From contig OZ244207.1 in assembly GCA_965216875.1 (NCBI GenBank), positions 5,152,001 through 5,216,000 on the forward strand: 64,000 bases of DNA. The letters are read 5' to 3'. Origin of the DNA: Rubripirellula sp. (GTDB lineage: Bacteria > Planctomycetota > Planctomycetia > Pirellulales > Pirellulaceae). A program made the translations under genes and the position numbers. The first letter of the stretch is position 1. The number at the start of each line of letters is the position of its first letter. The notes beneath the pieces are model-generated. The model had not been told where the DNA came from, ran no database searches, and saw only the letters and a list, made by a program, of their open reading frames with translations. Positions 58,701 to 64,000 of this stretch are shown piece after piece.

Positions 58701-59405
58701 CCAAAACGCTTCAATGTTTTGAGCACTGACGAATGTGCGGCCACCATCGGCAAAGGTACCGCTGGCCATCACGGGAACGGAACGGCCGCTGTCGACGAAA
58801 TACGCTTGGATTGCATACAGACACGATTTCAGATTCAACGTGTCGATCGCGGTTTCGGGCAAGAGAATATCGACGCCCGCTTCAACCAACGATTTGACTT
58901 GAGCGTAGTAGCTATCGGCCATTTCGTGAAACGTCGCCGCTCGGTGCGCCGGATCATCTTCAGTACTGATCGCAAGCTGCCGGGTGGTCGGTCCAATCGA
59001 TCCCGCGACAAAGCGGGGTTTGTCGGGTGTGCGCTCGGTCCATTCATCTGCGGCTTTGCGAGCACAGGCGACGGCGGCATGGTTGATCTCGTCGACCAGC
59101 TCGAGCGGTAGGTCAAACTCGACCATCCCAACCGGCGAAGCACCGAACGAATTGGTTTCGACGATGTCACTTCCGGCTTCGTAATAGGCCCGGTGAATGT
59201 CGGTGATCTTTTCGGGATGGGTCAGACAGAGGATGTCCGAAAAGTTCTTGAGGTCTTTGTGGTGGTCCGCGAACCGGTCGCCTCGAACACCCGCCTCATC
59301 AAGCGCGAGACGCTGGATCATCGTCCCCATGGCCCCATCGAGCATCAAGATTCGCTCGCGGATGAGGTGAGACAGTTGCGACTCGGTCGTATTTGGCTGG
59401 AGCAT
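55707..59405 (-). CDS. metH: Cobalamin-dependent methionine synthase
   Basis: [26 protein letters not shown]12-binding [10 protein letters not shown] and [12 protein letters not shown] motifs. ATG at 59405. Confidence 0.97.
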   Translation of the reverse strand: MLQPNTTESQLSHLIRERILMLDGAMGTMIQRLALDEAGVRGDRFADHHKDLKNFSDILCLTHPEKITDIHRAYYEAGSDIVETNSFGASPVGMVEFDLPLELVDEINHAAVACARKAADEWTERTPDKPRFVAGSIGPTTRQLAISTEDDPAHRAATFHEMADSYYAQVKSLVEAGVDILLPETAIDTLNLKSCLYAIQAYFVDSGRSVPVMASGTFADGGRTFVSAQNIEAFWTSISHFPLLTVGMNCALGPDVMRPHIEELSQVAGIPVSCHPNAGLPNEMGQFDLGPKAMADIVGEYADNGWVNILGGCCGTTPDHIRAIAQRIEGRKPKQDHVGPVYTRLSGQLPMVMRPEIPFTMVGERTNVTGSRKFARLIREELYEEAIEVARQQVQNGATIIDINFDDALLDGVEAMTRYLRLISAEDTVAAVPVMIDSSRWEVIEAGLQNVQGKAIVNSISLKDGEEEFLRRARLVRQYGAATVVMAFDEEGQAADEENKVRICKRAYDLLVNEVGFPPEDIIFDPNILTVATGIEEHNNYAVDFINAVRRIKEECPGAKTSGGVSNISFSFRGNDRVREAMHSAFLFHAVKAGLDMGIVNAGQLEVYEEIPKDLLEHVEDVLLNRRDDATDRMLEFAETVKGTGKKKAVEDEAWRKDPVADRMKHALIKGIDKYIVEDTEEARQHFDRCLQVIEGPLMDGMKVVGDLFGEGKMFLPQVVKSARVMKKAVAYLEPFMEEEKKAAGLEGAAARGKFLIATVKGDVHDIGKNIVGVVLQCNNYEVIDLGVMVASETILEEAEKQGADMIGLSGLITPSLDEMVHVAREAKRKGLDMPLLIGGATTSAKHTAVKIAPAYDGPIVHVLDASRSVNVVEQLISEEGRKKFVAENDQLQEQLVASYQKRQQKLVPYAEALEKRFATDWQNVRIDRPSFTGVQKLEDFSIAEIRPFIDWSPFFMTWELKGKYPKIFDDATVGEQAKELFDDANKLLDRIVDEKLLTANAAYGFWPAASDGDDIILYTDDSRSTELKRLHCLRQQWERVGQKDFRSLADYVAPVDSGREDFVGGFVVTAGVGAEELANQFKKEVDDYSAIMVQAVADRLAEAFAELMHQRARNEWGFGQEENLTNDELIQERYRGIRPAAGYPACPDHTEKRALFDLLDAEANTGVELTTSFAMTPAASVSGLYFAHPDARYFAVDRMTKDQIESYAKRKGQSVEETERWLSPNLAYEPE

Positions 59406-59861
59406 TTTCGAAAGGGATCTGTCAGTAAGGCCAACTTCGCGTAAACCGCCCAAACCGCCAATCCAAGGATGAAGGACTGGCCTGGCGCATTCAGAATCGC
59501 CTAATCATCCTTCCATGACCCGAAATCGACAAGCCGAAGCTCGCAATTTGCGAGGTTTTCACGGTATTCGGGGCTTATTTGAAGATCCTTCGGCGGGACT
59601 TGGCGAAGACACCGCGGGGGCTGCCGATGTTCGCTAGCCCCCCAAGCTCTGGCATCCTGAACCAGCCAGGGTGGCCGCGATCCGCGTCAATGCGCAATCA
59701 ATGTGAGCCAAAGCCGCATTCAATCTTGCCGAAGCGGCTCAGTTTAGCTATTCCGCAAATACCTAAAGAACCATTTGACCGATACCGATTTAACAGAGGT
59801 GGATGCCTGGAGATTTTCTCATGGGCGCCTCCTCCCACTTCCACGACCACGGAACCTTCGC

Positions 59862-60896
59862 ATGACTGTCTCGCCACGGCGGGTCCAAGACGGCAGTCGC
59901 CATACGCCCGACGAACCATCCGGTTTCGAAAAGCAAGAACCTGCAACGCCACCGACCTTGTTCGAGTTGCGGAATCTTGGCAAACGCGCCGACAACGATG
60001 CGCAACCGACAACATGCGAGACGACGAAAGATGTCTCGCCCACGGTCGATCCGGTAAACGATGCGCCCGATGAAACGCCGCGAAGCAGCCGACGGGCGTC
60101 GCTCATCGAACAGGCGGAGTCCAAAGCGGAAGCCGAACAAGCTTTGCCCCAGCTGACTAAAGATGTCCAGCCGACCAATGACCGTGGGACATCCAAAGCG
60201 TCCACGCCGCCGGCACCAGCACCGCCGAACGATACGATCCTCGAACCGCTCGATCAACTGCCCGCGGGCCGGACGTGGATGGAAAAGATCGGTTCGCACG
60301 CCCTCGTGCTGGCCATGTTGTTGATCGTCGTTGCTGCAGCCTTCTTAACGGGCAATGGCAAAGACAACCAGCAATACGATGATTCGGTTGCCGACACGAT
60401 CACGGAACTCGATTTTGATTTGGGCGAAAACGCAGAGCTGCCCATTCCCGAACATGATCACGGCGCACCAAGTTCTGACATTACCGTGGCCGAAGCCGAG
60501 TCCGATTCGCTTTCACAAATCGGCAACAGCAATGTGATGGCGGCGAACGAACTCGATTCCGCAGTCGCGTTAAGCGAACCTGTGATCGATGTCGACTTGG
60601 ACGTGGAAACCAATCTGCCCGAAGCGACCGACGCATTGAAATCAGAACGAACCGAAGCCGTTGCGGTCTCCAATCGGTTGGACGCTTCAACGATTCCGAC
60701 ACTCGAAGACTTGGAATCGACGGGAGTGGTCGAAGTGGCCAAACCCGCTACAAGCAACGCGTCTGCCTTCAAAGGTCCTGCGTTTTCCAAGACTCCGTTT
60801 GGGATTTCGTTTGAGCTGGAAGCAGCGCTACAAACGCTGGACAGCTTCCAGACGGTTGGCACCGAAGCTGTCGACGCCCCCAACCCGCAAAACTAG
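59862..60896 (+). CDS. Single-TM hypothetical protein with disordered acidic regions
   Basis: Long ORF with a central TM (ALVLAMLLIVVAAAFL). Start uncertain (TTG 59775 or ATG 59862). Confidence 0.65.
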   Translation: MTVSPRRVQDGSRHTPDEPSGFEKQEPATPPTLFELRNLGKRADNDAQPTTCETTKDVSPTVDPVNDAPDETPRSSRRASLIEQAESKAEAEQALPQLTKDVQPTNDRGTSKASTPPAPAPPNDTILEPLDQLPAGRTWMEKIGSHALVLAMLLIVVAAAFLTGNGKDNQQYDDSVADTITELDFDLGENAELPIPEHDHGAPSSDITVAEAESDSLSQIGNSNVMAANELDSAVALSEPVIDVDLDVETNLPEATDALKSERTEAVAVSNRLDASTIPTLEDLESTGVVEVAKPATSNASAFKGPAFSKTPFGISFELEAALQTLDSFQTVGTEAVDAPNPQN

Positions 60897-60914
60897 CACC
60901 TAGGCAGAAGTGTC

Positions 60915-62435
60915 ATGAGTTCATCGGACCAAACATTCGTCAAAGCCTTTTCACGACGCAAACGTGCGGCGGAATCGCACCCAAACGCTTCTTCCATGCC
61001 CACGGGGCAACCGGCCGCAGGTGAGCATGTGAACTCGGACATGCCTTCGAGTGCTGCTGGTCCACAAAAAGAGTCAGACGGGCAATCCGAGTCGAACCTT
61101 CAACCTGGCGAGCTGCACGTCGATCCAAGTGTCGCCCAATCCGCCTCGGTTTGGGTCGACCCAATCGAGAACGAGATGGCCCGCGTCGATCCTGGCGTGA
61201 ACGAGTTGCCCAAGCCACACGTCGACACCAGCCCGCCATCGATCAAGAGCGCTCTGCCTGAAGAGTTCACAACGCTCGACCAGCGGATTGAGGAACTGCA
61301 ACAACACATTCACACCGCCTACGCGACGGCATCGTTCACGACCGACACTTACGATGCGGCTCAGGATGCAATGGATGCGGACGCGATCGCCAACGCTGAA
61401 TTGCCGGCAGGGCTGGATTCGATCGATATCATCGAAGACGCCCACGAAGCCTCAGTAGACTCGCCTGGTTCATCGGAACCCAAGTCGCCGCGAGAGTCTG
61501 CCGAGCCCGTGCCGATTGTGCAGACGCGCATCGATCCACCTGAAACCTCACCGCTGGATCTTCACAAACCACACAGCAAACCACACAGCAAACCAACGGC
61601 GAAACAATCGGCTCCGCCCGAACCAAGCGACGTTGGCCCCGAACCTGACTCGAAGCCAGCCGAAGACGCGCAGCCAGACGGTAACGCGCAGCCAATCACT
61701 GAGGACATGCTCGCTTCGGCTGCAGCCAGCGTGTCGGCCGCTGCCACGACAACGCCGATCGAATCCAATCCCACTGCGAAGGCTGCTCCGATTGAACCCT
61801 TCCGGGCTGCTTGGGAAGTCGATGTCTTTGACATTCCCAACACGGTTGCGGATCTGTTCTTCGAGGGCGTGCTGTTCCAACAGATCGCCGAGCGAATGAT
61901 GGATGTCGTCGCTTCGGGCCTTGGCAGTATGATGATCACCAGCCATCAATCGGGTGAAGGTCGCAGCACGGTCGCGATCGGAATCGCGATGGCGGCCTCG
62001 GCAGCGGGTATTCGCGTCGCACTGATTGACGGCGACACCGAAGCTCCGACATTGATCGAAGATCTACGCTTGGATTTGCAACATGGATGGGTCGACAACG
62101 TACGCGGCGGATTGCCGTTAAAGGAAATCGCCATCCACGCGGTGGAAGATGGCCTGACACTGATTCCGTTGACGCCACCAACGTATCCAAGTGCAGCGGC
62201 GAGCCCCTATGAAATCAGCGAAGTGGTCAAGGCGCTTCGCGATCGCTTCGACTTGGTGGTGATGGACGGTGGCTGCGGTGCAACACCCGCGGTGTGCCAA
62301 ACGGCATCCGCTTTCGACAGTGTGGTGATCGTCCGCGACCAGAAAAAGACCGATGACGAAACCATCCATCAGTTCGCCAAGAAGCTAACCGACGCGGGTG
62401 TGCCAGGCGTCGGCTTGGTCGAAAATTTTCGCTAA
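60915..62435 (+). CDS. Protein with a disordered N-terminus and a degenerate CpsD/CapB/MinD-like P-loop domain
   Basis: ITSHQSGEGRSTVA, RVALIDGD and RDRFDLVVMD motifs; C-terminal GLVENF. Confidence 0.75.
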   Translation: MSSSDQTFVKAFSRRKRAAESHPNASSMPTGQPAAGEHVNSDMPSSAAGPQKESDGQSESNLQPGELHVDPSVAQSASVWVDPIENEMARVDPGVNELPKPHVDTSPPSIKSALPEEFTTLDQRIEELQQHIHTAYATASFTTDTYDAAQDAMDADAIANAELPAGLDSIDIIEDAHEASVDSPGSSEPKSPRESAEPVPIVQTRIDPPETSPLDLHKPHSKPHSKPTAKQSAPPEPSDVGPEPDSKPAEDAQPDGNAQPITEDMLASAAASVSAAATTTPIESNPTAKAAPIEPFRAAWEVDVFDIPNTVADLFFEGVLFQQIAERMMDVVASGLGSMMITSHQSGEGRSTVAIGIAMAASAAGIRVALIDGDTEAPTLIEDLRLDLQHGWVDNVRGGLPLKEIAIHAVEDGLTLIPLTPPTYPSAAASPYEISEVVKALRDRFDLVVMDGGCGATPAVCQTASAFDSVVIVRDQKKTDDETIHQFAKKLTDAGVPGVGLVENFR

Positions 62436-62445
62436 CGAGCCGCCC

Positions 62446-62598
62446 GTAGCTACCTTCGCCAGAAGGTGGTTTGTGTTGGTAGACCGACGCAAGTCATGTA
62501 GGAGGCCCGACGCTGGCGCGTACGGCTCACGATCAGTTTGTAGTACCGCCTTTAGGCGGATCGCATGGAGTTTCCGGCGAATGCTCGGTACTACGAAC
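62446..62598. repeat. Mosaic REP cluster between convergent genes
   Basis: GTAGCTACCTTCGCCAGAAGGTGG (62446-62469), an inverted GTGAGCCG-family arm (~62504-62530) and a GTAGTACC doublet (62536-62598). Confidence 0.82.
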
Positions 62599-62627
62599 CA
62601 TCGTTACGAAATCTTGCTTTGGCCGAC

Positions 62628-63791
62628 TCAGCAGCAGCCATCGGTGCCGCAACAATCCGCGGTCGGTAGCGATGTTTTCTTGTAGCCTGGGCCTTTGGTT
62701 ACTCTTGGTGGGCGTTCCTCGCTCGCCTGTGGGCATTCAAAGGGCTTCGCATCTTGGGGATCAATCGCCTCGTTTGGCTCGATGCCAATGAACTGGTCCC
62801 CGTAAGGCTCGCGGGTCATGATTTCGAACGTCTTTCGACAGACGGCTGTTCGCTTGCCACGTTCAAAGCAATGTCCGTTGTCGTCGTACACGCGGCTAAA
62901 TGGGCCCTGATACATCACCGCTTCGTTGTGCTCGAAACAGGGTCCCTCGATTCCCTTGTAGGCGATGACGGTTGCCGAACGAAACTCGATTCCCTCGACG
63001 ATTTGCCACGGCTCTTGCTGCAAAACCGACATTTCGATTCCGTAGAATCCGGCCTCTTCAAAGGCCTGTAGGAACGCCTTTTCTTGGAAGGCTCCCGAAA
63101 TACAACCGCTCCACAGTTCGCCGTCTTGTTGCATGTGATACGGCACATCTTCATCCGACACGATGTCGCTAATGACGGCTCGGCCACCCCGGCGCAGCAC
63201 ACGATAGATTTCACGAAACAACTGTGCCTTTTCAGCCGGATCGACAAGGTTCAACACACAGTTGCTTACGACCACGTCAACGGACTCGTCCGGAATCATC
63301 GGCGACTCGGTTCGCATGTTGCCGATGAATCGCTCAAGCTCCTGCAAATCTGCTTCGCTTGTGATTGGCTTTTCTTTCAAGTAGGCGTCGACCGCATCAC
63401 GATCGATCGCCATGTCTTGAATCTTGCCTTTGCGGAAGACGACGTTGTCATAGCCGATCTTCTCAGCAACTTTCTTCTGGCTCGTTCGAGCGAGGGCGAG
63501 CATCGAATCATTCATGTCGACACCGATCACCTGGCCTTCGGCGCCGACCACTTGCGAGGCGATGAAGCAGATCTTGCCACCGCCACTACCCAAATCCAAA
63601 ACGGTCTCACCGGGACGCACGTATTTCGATGGATCACCACACCCGTAATCTCGATCGATCACTTCTTGAGGGATCACTTTCAGATATTGGGTGTCGTAGT
63701 CGACAGGGCAACAGAGTTGTGGTTCCTGAGCTTCGGCGGCTGCCGCGTATCGCTCGCGAACAGCACTTTCGGTGTCGAGTGTATTTGCCAT
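62628..63791 (-). CDS. arsM: Arsenite methyltransferase-like SAM-dependent methyltransferase
   Basis: LCCPV, YGCGDP, VLDLGSGGG, SNCVLNL and WSGCISGA motifs plus C-terminal CCGTDGCC. Alternative start at 63806. Confidence 0.8.
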   Translation of the reverse strand: MANTLDTESAVRERYAAAAEAQEPQLCCPVDYDTQYLKVIPQEVIDRDYGCGDPSKYVRPGETVLDLGSGGGKICFIASQVVGAEGQVIGVDMNDSMLALARTSQKKVAEKIGYDNVVFRKGKIQDMAIDRDAVDAYLKEKPITSEADLQELERFIGNMRTESPMIPDESVDVVVSNCVLNLVDPAEKAQLFREIYRVLRRGGRAVISDIVSDEDVPYHMQQDGELWSGCISGAFQEKAFLQAFEEAGFYGIEMSVLQQEPWQIVEGIEFRSATVIAYKGIEGPCFEHNEAVMYQGPFSRVYDDNGHCFERGKRTAVCRKTFEIMTREPYGDQFIGIEPNEAIDPQDAKPFECPQASEERPPRVTKGPGYKKTSLPTADCCGTDGCC

Positions 63792-63810
63792 TTCGATCGT
63801 CTTCATTCTC

Positions 63811-64000
63811 TTATTCGGACACCACCGCGCCGCCGCAACTGCTGCCTGCTCCCGCAGTGCAACCGTAGCAGTGATCAGCAACGGTGATTCTTTGGTTCAA
63901 AAACGTTTCCAATGAACCGACGGACCAAACGGTGGTGCCATCGGATTGCGCAATGTCGTCCGTCGTCACGGCAGGCATTTCGAGCATCTGGTTAAAATCG
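63811..64000 (-). CDS. arsS: Arsenosugar biosynthesis radical SAM protein ArsS (DUF3641 C-terminus), 5' truncated by the window edge
   Basis: Manual translation gives DFNQMLEMP...ITVADHCYGCTAGAGSSCGGAVVSE*, matching the ArsS C-terminal signature. Not in the ORF track; directly upstream of arsM. Confidence 0.85.
   Translation of the reverse strand, partial: DFNQMLEMPAVTTDDIAQSDGTTVWSVGSLETFLNQRITVADHCYGCTAGAGSSCGGAVVSE

Noticed and set aside
56733..59111. Long plus-strand ORFs opposite metH (similar ones oppose rnr, flgE, gcvPB and the AAA+ gene)
   Set aside because: These are antisense shadow frames expected from codon bias in GC-rich genes, with no protein motifs.
59406..59700. SAM, SAH or cobalamin riboswitch before metH
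   Set aside because: No SAM-I, SAM-II, SAH or B12-box consensus is recognisable by eye.
63811..63850. Selenocysteine in the ArsS C-terminal motif
   Set aside because: The relevant codon is TGC (Cys) and the gene ends at TAA.

Overview
GC-rich bacterial window that looks like a Pirellulaceae-type planctomycete (inferred from gene content and protein motifs, not from a search). In order it holds: the end of a flagellar operon (partial fliF, divergent fliG, fliH, fliI, fliJ, a YlxF/FlbB-like gene, fliK, flgD, enlarged flgE); an archaeal/eukaryotic-type proS; a J-like membrane protein with an AAA+ ATPase/vWA pair; a Tat-exported Hyi-family protein; a VIT-vWA protein; a PP2C phosphatase; an ECF sigma/anti-sigma/dead alpha-beta-hydrolase operon; an FHA protein; the glycine cleavage operon (gcvT-H-PA-PB plus lipoate ligase); rnr; a ~1.1-kb non-coding mosaic repeat array; and a PhyH dioxygenase. 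Next comes a ~14-kb phospho-signalling cluster (41317-55100): SHD1/secretin-N-like protein, ECF, kinase-WD40, ECF, kinase-DUF1080-WD40, FHA-FHA, FHA-FHA-TM-inactive trypsin-like protein and a secreted protein. The window ends with metH, a degenerate P-loop protein pair and arsM preceded by the 3' end of arsS, which the ORF track misses. Intergenic regions carry about eight REP-like families, with no RAYT or transposase in the window. The strongest candidate for an undescribed system is the dual ECF/kinase/FHA/pseudoprotease cluster. No rRNA, tRNA, CRISPR array or riboswitch could be supported.
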